Shown: positions 1 to 8,172, counted from the first letter of the stretch. The stretch: DNA of 25,599 bases from Hormoscilla sp. (GCA_051439505.1 JBFRWI010000129.1:1-25599), one strand, 5' to 3'. Numbers and translations are program-made. Notes: generated from the letters alone by a model not told the origin.

Positions 1-2
1 CC

Positions 3-665
3 GTATCCAATGAAGGACTGATCCTGGACTACAGGGTAACGGGAAGTGCCACCCGGGACGCCGACTACAGTCTCAGTGCCGGGGCGGGAGTCACGAACAT
101 CACCGGAAACCAAATCACCTTGGCAGAAGGAAGCACAACGGCCACAGTCAACCTGATACCCATCACCGATGCCATAACCGACCCGGAAGAAACAGTGCGA
201 CTGGCCATAACAGGGAGTCCCCGCTACCAAGTAGGCAGCAACAATAGCGCCACCCTGAGCATAACCGACAGCGAAGGGGGAATCGAACCGCCACCGCCAC
301 CGCCATCCGATGATATTAATCTGGACATAGACGGAAATGGGGAAACCGACGCTTTAACAGATGGTATTGCCGCAATACGTTATCTCTTCCGGTTCAGTGG
401 CGACGTTTTAATTAACAATGTCATAGGGGAAGGAGCAACTCGTACTACAGCCTTAGAGATTACCAACTATTTAGATTTAGCGCAGGAGACAATGCTAGAT
501 GTAGATGGCAATGGGATGGCAGACGCCCTGACAGATGGCTTAATGATTGTACGTTATCTGTTCGGCTTTGGAGGCAACGCCGTGATTGATGGAGCCATTG
601 GCCCAAATGCCACCCGCTCCACAGCCGATGCAATAATAGCCCACCTGGAATCTTTCGATCTGTAA
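3..665 (+). CDS. C-terminal part of a large surface/secreted protein: Calx-beta-like domain, Pro linker and duplicated dockerin/EF-hand-like repeat (5' end outside window)
   Basis: Frame open from nt 3 (VSNEGLILDYRVTGSATRDADY...DAITDPEETVRLAI...ATLSITDSE, Calx-beta-like); PPPPPP linker; two repeats LD(I/V)DGNGxxDALTDGxxxxRYLF; stop TAA at 663-665. Confidence 0.8.
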   Translation, partial: VSNEGLILDYRVTGSATRDADYSLSAGAGVTNITGNQITLAEGSTTATVNLIPITDAITDPEETVRLAITGSPRYQVGSNNSATLSITDSEGGIEPPPPPPSDDINLDIDGNGETDALTDGIAAIRYLFRFSGDVLINNVIGEGATRTTALEITNYLDLAQETMLDVDGNGMADALTDGLMIVRYLFGFGGNAVIDGAIGPNATRSTADAIIAHLESFDL

Positions 666-727
666 ATTGCTCGTTCCCGGGCTCTGCCTGGGAACGCACA
701 GCAGAGGCTCTGCCTCCAGGAATGATC

Positions 728-736
728 TGCTATACT
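728..736 (+). promoter_or_regulatory. Extended -10 promoter motif TGcTATACT
   Basis: TGCTATACT downstream of the Calx-beta gene; identical motif at 2752-2760 in the duplicated copy. Confidence 0.4.
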
Positions 737-750
737 ATCTCCTAGGAGCT

Positions 751-786
751 TGATGTCCCCCGGACGGCGAAACCCGGGGGACATCA
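751..786. repeat. Perfect 13-bp GC-rich inverted repeat (REP-like hairpin or terminator)
   Basis: TGATGTCCCCCGG (751-763), 10-nt loop, CCGGGGGACATCA (774-786). Confidence 0.7.
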
Positions 787-903
787 TATTCGCACTACCC
801 AGGAGACACCGGGAGGCCCTACCTCAATTGTGCGATGCCATCCGGGAATATTTTGCTAGTATAAGTATATCAGAGAAATGCACTCAACTTTCAAAAACAG
901 TCG

Positions 904-1248
904 ATGGCTAATTTACCCGATGAAACATTAACCACTATTTTCAACTTGCAGCGCCGGCTGTTCCAAATTATAGATCTGGCGAAAGCAGCAGAGTTGAATT
1001 TAGTTAGACAGTATGGTGAGACAGAGGCAACTCTTTCTGAACTAGAACAAATCAACAATGCCCAAGAGCGTGCCAGGACTTCTTATACTCGTCTTAGTAG
1101 ACTTCTGCTGTTAGTTGCAGAATCCCAACCGACAGCTAGTTATGCTACCATGAATCTATTGGAGCAATCTCTAGAAAGAGCACAAGCCACTGCTGATGCT
1201 ACACAAGCAACTATCGAAGAAACAAAAAGGAATTATAATCTGCCATGA
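904..1248 (+). CDS. Hypothetical alpha-helical protein, first gene of a coupled pair
   Basis: 114-aa ORF; its stop overlaps the next start (ATGA at 1245-1248); helical, coiled-coil-like composition. Confidence 0.75.
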   Translation: MANLPDETLTTIFNLQRRLFQIIDLAKAAELNLVRQYGETEATLSELEQINNAQERARTSYTRLSRLLLLVAESQPTASYATMNLLEQSLERAQATADATQATIEETKRNYNLP

Positions 1249-1448
1249 ATAACCAACCCCAAATCCCCGATTTAGAGACGAGAACAAAATCGATTGCTCG
1301 GTGGCGAGAAGTTTGTCTCATGTTTGACGATCTGAACATGTTACTCGATGAAGCGATCGCCCTTGCAGAAGCGGATATTCGCAATAGTCCGATTCAGGTA
1401 GAACGACGAAAGAAGGCCAAAAAATTACTAGAAGCAAGGCGAACCTAG
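1245..1448 (+). CDS. Small hypothetical protein translationally coupled to 904..1248
   Basis: 67-aa ORF with ATGA overlap and a basic C-terminus. Confidence 0.65.
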   Translation: MNNQPQIPDLETRTKSIARWREVCLMFDDLNMLLDEAIALAEADIRNSPIQVERRKKAKKLLEARRT

Positions 1449-1450
1449 CT

Positions 1451-1667
1451 GACGGTGCGATCGGGCTCTGAAACGGGTGCATCCCAGATTTGCAAAGATA
1501 GCTGTAGGGGCGAAGCATTCGGGGGACAAATTATGACATAAGTTTACAAATTGACTCTCCGAATGCTTCGCCCGCCGCGTCGTGGGATGCACCCCTCTGA
1601 AACTGCCCGCACCACCCCTGATGCAATAATAGCCCAACTGGAATATTTCGCTCTGTAAATTGCTCGT
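1451..1667 (+). pseudogene. Displaced 3'-end remnant (copy 2) of the Calx-beta/dockerin-like gene, interrupted by a MITE
   Basis: Removing 1475-1594 and one TSD gives DGAIG(+1)SETARTTPDAIIAQLEYFAL* then ATTGCTCGT, versus DGAIGPNATRSTADAIIAHLESFDL* then ATTGCTCGT at 588-674. Confidence 0.85.
1475..1594. mobile_element. 120-bp MITE-like element
   Basis: 12-bp TIRs GGGTGCATCCCA (1475-1486) and TGGGATGCACCC (1583-1594); 9-bp direct repeat CTCTGAAAC at 1466-1474 and 1595-1603; internal GGGCGAAGCATTCGG...CCGAATGCTTCGCCC hairpin. Confidence 0.85.
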
Positions 1668-1780
1668 GGGTGCATCTCAATTGTGTCAGGGCGAAGCATG
1701 AGGGAAGGAAATTTGTCTATTTATAGCATAACTTATCGCCCTCATGCTAGCTGCTGCGCAGCTGCAACAACGCCCCTACA
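1668..1780. repeat. Related degenerate MITE/REP element with one TIR only
   Basis: GGGTGCATCTCA at 1668-1679, then GGGCGAAGCATGAGGG...CCCTCATGCT...CGCCCCTAC. Confidence 0.65.
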
Positions 1781-1807
1781 GCCGCCTCAACGGGTGGTTT
1801 GCCAAAT

Positions 1808-2281
1808 TCATTCTCCCGCCTGTTCTTTGAGAAACTCAACTAAATCATCAGCTAACCATAAACCAGCATTCCGTAATGTTTGAATGGGTGCTGAAATTGA
1901 GCTAATGAGTTGATTTTGCTTAGCGAGTAAGATTGTTCCTGCTGTCCCAATGATAGGAATACCTAAAGTTTTTGCAACTCGTCTTGCTGCCGCATCATCA
2001 ATAATTGCTTGATAGCCATTATTTTCCCACGCAAAACTCAAAACTTCCGACTCGCCAGGGTCTAACCCCCAAGCAGTAATGACAGGAGAAACATTTTCTA
2101 AATCAACTCGTTGCGGCCAAAAAACAGTTGGTAATTGTCTGGAAACTATATCATTTTTACCAGCTATTTCATCCCAAACCGCCCCAGGAACGATTATTTC
2201 AGTGAATAATTGGGGGAGTAAGTCATCAAGTTGGCTTTTGAACAAAACAATTAAAGGCGATGTGTCAATCACTACTTTCAT
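1808..2281 (-). CDS. DUF3368 family PIN-like domain protein (putative toxin)
   Basis: MKVVIDTSPLI...LDPGESEVL...IIDDAAARRVAKTLGIPIIGTAGTILLAKQ...LRNAGLWL. Confidence 0.88.
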   Translation of the reverse strand: MKVVIDTSPLIVLFKSQLDDLLPQLFTEIIVPGAVWDEIAGKNDIVSRQLPTVFWPQRVDLENVSPVITAWGLDPGESEVLSFAWENNGYQAIIDDAAARRVAKTLGIPIIGTAGTILLAKQNQLISSISAPIQTLRNAGLWLADDLVEFLKEQAGE

Positions 2282-2531
2282 TAATTCTGGCTAATTCCTC
2301 AGCGACTTCTTCGGGACTGTATTGAAAAGGAGAAACTCGATAACGAGAGAGAACGTTAAGAAACTCAAATCGGTTCATGCCCGCAATTTCTGCCGCCTTC
2401 CCCTGAGATATTTCTCCCAGTTCATACCATTTTACAGCGGCGGCGATGCGCATTTCCCGAGCAAATTCATCTGGATCTTTGCGCAGGGCTGAAAATACGG
2501 TTTCGGGAAGTTGGATAGAGATAGTTTTCAT
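2265..2531 (-). CDS. UPF0175 family protein (putative antitoxin)
   Basis: EMRIAAAVKWYELGEISQGKAAEIAGMNRFEFL motif; overlaps the DUF3368 start. Confidence 0.9.
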   Translation of the reverse strand: MKTISIQLPETVFSALRKDPDEFAREMRIAAAVKWYELGEISQGKAAEIAGMNRFEFLNVLSRYRVSPFQYSPEEVAEELARINESSD

Positions 2532-2590
2532 GCATTGAACTCCTGATACAATCTATTATCTAGCCCGCAGTCAGGTGGAATGGCAGTTCC

Positions 2591-2635
2591 GGTTGGTGGG
2601 CGGTGCCTCAGGTTGGTGGGCGGTGCCCACCCTAC
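2591..2635. repeat. GTAG-type REP GGTGGGCGGTGCCCACCCTAC with a partial tandem duplication
   Basis: GGTTGGTGGGCGGTGCC twice (2591 and 2611); full REP at 2615-2635; same REP at 7241-7261 and a variant at 16221-16241. Confidence 0.75.
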
Positions 2636-2652
2636 GAATTTTCTGCCCGGCG

Positions 2653-2762
2653 GATGGAGCCGCCCGCACCACCCCTGATGCAATTATAGCTCACCTGGAA
2701 TCTTTCGCTCTGTAAATTCCTCGTTCGGTGGGCTCTGCCTCCAGGTAGATATGCTATACTAT
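2653..2762 (+). pseudogene. Displaced 3'-end remnant (copy 3) of the Calx-beta/dockerin-like gene plus its downstream UTR and promoter motif
   Basis: DGAARTTPDAIIAHLESFAL* then ATTCCTCGTTC...GGCTCTGCCTCCAGG..GAT.TGCTATACTAT, matching 588-738. Confidence 0.85.
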
Positions 2763-2810
2763 AAATTACGTGAGGCAGAGTCAGGGAACCAGAGATGTTG
2801 AGTGGAGATA

Positions 2811-3023
2811 ATGGATATGTTGGATTTACTTGCAAGAATCACAGTTAATCCTAAACAATGGGTCAGTCGTCCCTGCATTCGGGGGATGAGAATTCCTGTA
2901 TCCGATGTGCTAGAGTTATTTGCTGTAGGTCTGAGTGCGGAACAAATCTTAGCCGAAATGCCCGATCTGGAAATGGAAGATATCCAAGCGGCACTTGTCT
3001 ATGCTGCACGTCAACTGCTATAA
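2811..3023 (+). CDS. DUF433 domain protein (orphan antitoxin-like, possibly degenerate)
   Basis: RITVNPKQWVSRPCIRGMRIPVSDVLELFAVGLSAEQILAEMPDLE; the usual xGGxP motif is altered to WVSRP; GGAG upstream of ATG 2811; start could be 2802, 2811 or 2817. Confidence 0.8.
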   Translation: MDMLDLLARITVNPKQWVSRPCIRGMRIPVSDVLELFAVGLSAEQILAEMPDLEMEDIQAALVYAARQLL

Positions 3024-3073
3024 AATCTGCTAGAGTAGATGGAAATTAGAGGTGGCACAGAGAGGCGATCGCC

Positions 3074-3352
3074 ATGATAAAATTAGAGGTATAAATCCAG
3101 AAAGATCCCTGGGTTAAAGCTACTTGGGACTCGTACATGCAAGCGCTAGAAGATGAAGTCGATGAAAAAGCAAAAGGTTACTATTACAACGGAGAACTGA
3201 GAATTGAAAGCTCACAAGTAGGTAGCGACCACGCCAGAGACCATGCTATGATTATATGCGCGATCTGGATATAATTTGGAAATCAAAGCATTAATTGCAC
3301 TAGCAAAAATAGCTGCATCTGCCGCAAAACCGGGGTGCTTGAAGCTCAAGCA
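3074..3352 (+). pseudogene. Uma2 (DUF820) family endonuclease pseudogene, truncated
   Basis: MIKLEV*IQKDPWVKATWDSYMQALEDEVDEKAKGYYYNGELRIESSQVGSDHARDHAMIICAIWI*...CRKTGVLEAQ; in-frame stops at 3092 and 3272; C-terminal half missing. Confidence 0.8.
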
Positions 3353-3454
3353 TTGGTTATTCACCCAATTTAAACAATATCCCGATCGGGCATGGTGGGC
3401 GATGCTACGCATTAGCAGAGTGTGGTAAAAAGTAGTTGTATAATCAGATAGCTT

Positions 3455-3520
3455 CAGAAACAGGGTTTCTGCGAGCAAATCAGGTGCTAGAAAGGGAAAT
3501 TTGGTCTTTAACCCGGTTTC
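3455..3520. repeat. Degenerate AGAAACCGGGTTTCT-type inverted repeat element
   Basis: CAGAAACAGGGTTTCTG ... AACCCGGTTTC. Confidence 0.45.
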
Positions 3521-3597
3521 AGGCCCCCACGCGATCGCCCCGGTGAACTTTTCTCTCCAACGGTCTATCCTTCCTAATTTACCAAATTTGAACTTGC

Positions 3598-5466
3598 ATG
3601 CTAGAAATGCTTACCTTCGTACCAGAGTTTGCCGATATCCAGCAACATTGGGCACAACCATGTATCACTCAGCTAGCATCCGAAAAGCTAGTGAGTGGTT
3701 ACCCCGGGGGAGTTTTTCGTCCTCGATCGCCCGTGACTCGGGCTGAATTTGCGGTGCTGATGGGCAATGCTTTCCCCGACGCTGAAGTTATCCAACAACC
3801 AATAACTTTTACCGATGTTCCTCCCAGTCACTGGGCTTACAAAGCCATTAAAAACGCCTCGGAAAAGGGATTTTTTGCCGGTTATCCCGACGGCACCTTT
3901 AAGCCCAACCAGTCTATCCCCCGGGTACAAGCTATGATCGTGCTAGCGGCCCACCTGAAGTTAAGGGTACCCCCAGATCCTCTAGAACTGCTGAGAAATA
4001 ACTTTATTGATGCTTCGGAAATTCCTGTCTATGCCCGTCAGATGATGGCTGCTGCTACTATGGGAGCGATCGTGGTTAACTATCCCGCCCAACCCCAATT
4101 ACAACCTCTGCAAATTGCTACCAGAGGTGAGGTAGCGGCGTTATTTTGCCGGGCCTTAAATATCTATGCCGTGCCGCCCCAATATATTGCGGGGGTTCAG
4201 GTCCGTCCCCAGTCTGTCCGGCCTTTGCCAGGAGGACTCGATCGGGTGCCGACCTTCAACAGTAACAGTCCGGAATTGGTGCGAACAGGGGGAATTTTGC
4301 TCTCTACTTTCCCGCGATCGGGAAAAGCAGTACCAGCAGCTCATTTAAACTTTCCTTTTGAAGGACGCTTCGATCTATTTTCTCATCATATTGTCAGGGC
4401 GGAAACTTCTCCACGCAGTTTTTATCAAGGGATAATTCTTCATAACCCGGGCCAGAAAGCCGTCACACTGCGGGTGTTGCAAGGGGCCAGTTATTTAAGT
4501 AATCCCGATGCCCCTTACATTGAGTTGCCCGATCGGATGGATAATCAGAATGGGACGGTTTATGCTGGTCCCGGGAGTCGGACCATGACCGAGGTGCTGC
4601 GGGGGGTACGCCAGGATATTTTCCCCCCAGAAATAGCGATCGGCCCCGGAGAGTTCGCCCTGTTAATGAATCAACCCTTGCCCATTTTGGGCGTGCCCTC
4701 CTCTAATGGTAGAACAACCATGATGCGCTTGTCCAGTAATGGGCCGATTTATGTAGCGAATTTAATCATGAATGCCCCCTTCACTGGCCGGGGCACCGAG
4801 AGAAAACCGACCTTACAAGAATGGCTAGATATGCTCAATCATGGGGGATTTGCCGGTCCCCGCGATCGCCCTCCCACGCCCTTAGATCGAGAAGGTATCG
4901 AACCGACAGTTTTCAGTCGGGTGGCCGGGGTTTCCCAAGGATCCCAATGGCAGACCCAAATAACCGATCGTCCCGAGAGTGAATATCTCACCATTCCTGG
5001 GGTAGGAGAGGAGTTTTCTTACGTACTGAGTACCATTCATAAGATTACCCTGGGGACCGATCAAGTTCAAAGTGCCCCGATGCTAGTGTACTATCCAGAT
5101 ACGGCCTATTTCGCCCATGCTAACTACGGCATTGAATATAGTTTAACCTTGCCCCTGTAAAATAATACTGGGGAAACCAAGAAGGTGATGATATCCTTTG
5201 CTTCCCCCTTGAAAGATTCCGAACCGAATGATAAGTTGCTATTTTTGCAGATGGGCGATCGGGTATTTTTTCGAGGCACAGTGCGGGTGCGGACTGCCGA
5301 CGGAGAACAACGCTACCTGCATTTAGTGCAGCGACGGGGACAGGAGGGTGAAACCTTAGTAACTTTGACAATAAAACCTTCCCAATTGCAGCGAGTATAT
5401 CTAGATTTTATCTATCCTCCTGATTGTACGCCGCCCCAGGTAATTACAGTTAGCACGGTTGAGTAA
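3598..5466 (+). pseudogene. S-layer homology (SLH) plus DUF3370-like protein with an internal in-frame stop at 5158-5160
   Basis: SLH motifs GYPGGVFRPRSPVTRAEFA, GYPDGTFKPNQSIPRVQA and ATRGEVAA; PTFNSNSPE...HANYGIEYSLTLPL*NNTGETKKV; ORF 5185..5466 is in the same frame and ends YPPDCTPPQVITV. Confidence 0.82.
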
Positions 5467-5500
5467 AGAAGGCAGGATCTTAATTTCTGCTGCCCTAACC

Positions 5501-6020
5501 GCGATCGCCCTTCACAAAAGTTGACATCGGGCCTACCCGATACTTTCGTTCCATACTTCGATCGCCCCATGCAACGTCAGGCCCAATACATGCGATCAGT
5601 CATCAACCACCGGGGCACGGCGTGACCGAATTTTCGGGTAAAGCAGTTAATTTGCCGATGCCGTGCCCCTACCATATCCGTTCGTTCCATACATGCGATC
5701 GCCCCATGCAACGTCATGCCCAATACATGCGATCGCCCCATAAACTGTCACCCCTTGTAGGGGCACGGCATCAACAGATTCTCGGTTCAGATGTAAAATG
5801 TAACAAGCGCCGTGCCCCGGCGCAACCCGATCGCCCCATACATGCGATCGCCCCATGCAACGTCATGCCCAATACATGCGATCGCCCCATAAACTGTCAC
5901 ACCTTGTAGGGGCACGGCATCAACAGATTCTCGGTTCAGATGTAAAATGTAACAAGCGCCGTGCCCCGGGGCGATCGCCTTTCACCAAAGTTTCCATAGG
6001 GCCAAATGCCAGATATCTCT
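5501..6020. repeat. Composite REP/HIP1 mosaic (BIME-like) with a 149-bp-period tandem duplication
   Basis: GGGGCACGGC...GCCGTGCCCC doublets; ATACATGCGATCGCCCCAT units; near-identical 134-bp copies at 5687-5820 and 5836-5969. Confidence 0.9.
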
Positions 6021-6044
6021 AGAGCCTCTAAATTCCTTGTTATA

Positions 6045-6122
6045 CTGAAGATAAACATCGGGGAGTTTTTCTCTTAGCATCAAATGCGATCGGGACATTT
6101 AGTAATATTTCGAGCCAGTTGC
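6045..6122. repeat. 78-bp direct repeat, copy A
   Basis: First 44 bp identical to 7038-7081; similarity continues to 7115. Confidence 0.9.
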
Positions 6123-6137
6123 TGAGACAGTATATGG

Positions 6138-6516
6138 CTAATCCTGAACAATAGACAAAGTCAATATTCCCTTGGGTTCATTCACTACTAGCTCCATTAT
6201 CTGCAAAAACTTTCGTCCCAACAATATTTCTGGGAGATTTTCTCCTACATGAACAGCTATTGTTAACTCATAACTGTCAATAATAACCCTCCCTGCATAT
6301 ATCAAAATACTTGATTCCCTGTACAGAAATCATTTCTACTTGCGATGCCAGTTTCGACCATCCCAATACCTCTACATCTTGAGCATCAACAGCTAGCCAT
6401 CCAGTAGTAAATCCCGTATCCAAAAGTCCCTCTACCGTGAACCTATCGCCCGCTGAATCCAATAATTCCAGTTCAAAGATTAGCTCCCCATTATCGCAAA
6501 ACTTCCCATCAATCAT
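6138..6516 (-). pseudogene. Clan AA (retropepsin-like) aspartic protease, frameshifted
   Basis: MIDGKF...GLLDTGFTTGWL catalytic DTG; frame shifts in the ATAT run near 6297-6302, then continues YAGRVIIDSYELTIAVHVGENLPEILLGRKFLQ...GILTLSIVQD* (stop 6138-6140). Confidence 0.82.
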
Positions 6517-6869
6517 ATTTTACCACAAGCTCCCGATTCGTTTAGTCGAAAAGCTGTTAGCTTTACTTCTCCGTCTGGATAAATACTACGTACTTTCTCC
6601 ATTAACTCTTCAAAATTGGGCGCCAGTAAATAATTACTACTATTGTCAGGGTCGATCGCAATAAACCAATTGTAATGGGTAGCGAGCAACTGCGGACGTA
6701 CTTGTTCAAAGATTTGGCGACAGTTATAAGCTAAAGCCTTTCGTTGCTCCTCACGTCTCGCTACCTCTTCTGGTGCTATAGTCCTTTCTGGAAATATTCT
6801 CCCACGGTCCGCGGACGGCCCGAAAAATCGATAAACTTTGCGTTTTTGTTCGGATACTTTCGTCGTCAT
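6513..6869 (-). CDS. DUF5678-like small protein coupled to the aspartic protease gene
   Basis: FEQVRPQLLATHYNWFIAIDPD...FRLNESGACGKI; ATGA overlap with the protease; ATG at 6869 preferred to TTG at 6881. Confidence 0.72.
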   Translation of the reverse strand: MTTKVSEQKRKVYRFFGPSADRGRIFPERTIAPEEVARREEQRKALAYNCRQIFEQVRPQLLATHYNWFIAIDPDNSSNYLLAPNFEELMEKVRSIYPDGEVKLTAFRLNESGACGKI

Positions 6870-6896
6870 ATCGATTGACAATTAAACTACTACCCT

Positions 6897-6905
6897 ATTA
6901 TAGCA
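6897..6905 (-). promoter_or_regulatory. Extended -10 promoter TGcTATAAT
   Basis: Consensus TGCTATAAT on the minus strand about 28 nt upstream of ATG 6869. Confidence 0.55.
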
Positions 6906-6991
6906 AGCAGAAGAGTCTTTGTGTTGAGCGCGCTAGCTGCAAGCAGGGGGTGCATCGGGTGCATCTACCAGTGCGCAAAAATATTAATGTC

Positions 6992-7020
6992 GTAGGTTGG
7001 GTTGACCCACGAAACCCAAC
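6992..7020. repeat. GTAGGTTGGGTT...AACCCAAC REP-type hairpin
   Basis: Related to the hairpin at 25218-25260. Confidence 0.65.
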
Positions 7021-7037
7021 ACCGTGCCGTGCGGCGC

Positions 7038-7115
7038 CTGAAGATAAACATCGGGGAGTTTTTCTCTTAGCATCAAATGCGGTCTGGACATTTCTTAATA
7101 TTTCAATGAAGTTGC
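7038..7115. repeat. 78-bp direct repeat, copy B
   Basis: Matches 6045-6122 (period 993 bp). Confidence 0.9.
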
Positions 7116-7240
7116 CAAATGTCTCTATCGCACTTAACGACAAGTTAAAGTATGAGTAATATTTCCACCCAAGGGAAAACGCCCATAGATATTTCGCCGT
7201 CTTTTATGTTTAAATGCCATTACTATATAAGTAGCAGTAA

Positions 7241-7261
7241 GGTGGGCGGTGCCCACCCTAC
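7241..7261. repeat. GTAG-type REP downstream of rbcS
   Basis: GGTGGGCGGTGCCCACCCTAC, identical to 2615-2635. Confidence 0.75.
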
Positions 7262-7297
7262 GAATCTTAACGCTTGATATCAGCTATCTGACGTTGT

Positions 7298-7636
7298 TTA
7301 GTACCGTCGGTTGCTATTCGGCTTGTGAACGATAAAGCTGAGCACCTGGCACTGCTTGACGTTGTCAAACCCCATGACGCGGACAAAGCAATCGCGGTAT
7401 TGTGTACGACACTCATCAATTTCTGCCATCACTTCATTGACAGTTTTCGCATGGAACAGGGGCAATTTCCACAGGGTCCAGTAGTGCATTTCTGGTGCAG
7501 AGCTTTCGCTGAATTCCACACCAGCGATGTAACCTTCATCCAGAATGTACTGGATTTGATTTTTCATCTGCGCGTCTGACAGCGGTGGCAGATAGGAAAG
7601 TGTTTCGTAACGACGTTCTTTGGGAAGAGTTTGCAT
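7298..7636 (-). CDS. rbcS: RuBisCO small subunit
   Basis: [19 protein letters not shown]...[10 protein letters not shown]...[18 protein letters not shown]; start set at ATG 7636. Confidence 0.98.
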   Translation of the reverse strand: MQTLPKERRYETLSYLPPLSDAQMKNQIQYILDEGYIAGVEFSESSAPEMHYWTLWKLPLFHAKTVNEVMAEIDECRTQYRDCFVRVMGFDNVKQCQVLSFIVHKPNSNRRY

Positions 7637-7677
7637 AATTTGCGCTCTGATTGTTGTATTACATTTCAATGGGAACG

Positions 7678-8103
7678 CTAACCCGATTCCTTATCCGGGT
7701 CAGCTTCCTGTTCTGGATAAGAGCTGAGATCGGACCGCGGACGGTCCGAAAAATCGGATATATTCAGTTGCGTAATCCGCTCCAGATACTGACGGCGGTG
7801 TCCCATATTTGCCTGTTGAATGCCCGATCGCACCATTTCTGGTAAATACTCGGTCACCTCTTCAGCCAGATGTTGCCGCACCGTCATGATCCGGAACGCC
7901 AGTTCCTGGTGGTTGCTCGTGAGTAACTCTTCCAAGTAAGCTTCTCCATCCTGAATTTTTCCAGTTGTCGAAAAGCCATTTAGCCAAATTGCTATACCTG
8001 GATTTGTTTCCCGCAACTGACTGACCACAATGCGCACTGCTTGATAGGTCAAGTAACTAGCTAGCACGCGCGTCGTGTCTTTCGCAACTTGTTTAATATC
8101 CAT
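7678..8103 (-). CDS. rbcX: RuBisCO assembly chaperone RbcX
   Basis: [26 protein letters not shown]...QDGEAYL...[11 protein letters not shown]; lies between rbcL and rbcS. Confidence 0.97.
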   Translation of the reverse strand: MDIKQVAKDTTRVLASYLTYQAVRIVVSQLRETNPGIAIWLNGFSTTGKIQDGEAYLEELLTSNHQELAFRIMTVRQHLAEEVTEYLPEMVRSGIQQANMGHRRQYLERITQLNISDFSDRPRSDLSSYPEQEADPDKESG

Positions 8104-8172
8104 GTGACCCCAGTCTCTTAACCGATGCTGTAGGGCGGGCCGGGTGCCTGCCCCGATCCCGTTGGGACTCTA

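Noticed and set aside
588..2762. Diversity-generating retroelement template/variable repeats
   Set aside because: Differences between the copies are not adenine-specific, and no reverse transcriptase is in the window.
3212..3478. 88-aa ORF on the minus strand
   Set aside because: It is antisense to the Uma2 pseudogene and starts inside a repeat.
666..3500. Classical integron
   Set aside because: No intI gene and no recognisable attC (RYYYAAC...GTTRRRY) structure; the delimiters derive from a host CDS.
5158..5160. Programmed Sec/Pyl readthrough
   Set aside because: The stop is TAA, not TGA or TAG.
5622..5909. ORFs of 95 aa (+) and 69 aa (-), and their counterparts at 24764..25069 and 25009..25278
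   Set aside because: They are translations of the REP/HIP1 mosaic.
5501..6020. CRISPR array
   Set aside because: The sequences between repeats are themselves repeated, spacing is irregular and no cas genes are present.
6898..7143. 81-aa ORF on the minus strand
   Set aside because: It runs through the direct repeat, REP and MITE-end remnants, starts at TTG and has no recognisable motif.
7637..7669. 11-aa N-terminal extension of RbcS in the ORF track
   Set aside because: The canonical MQTLPKERR start is at ATG 7636.
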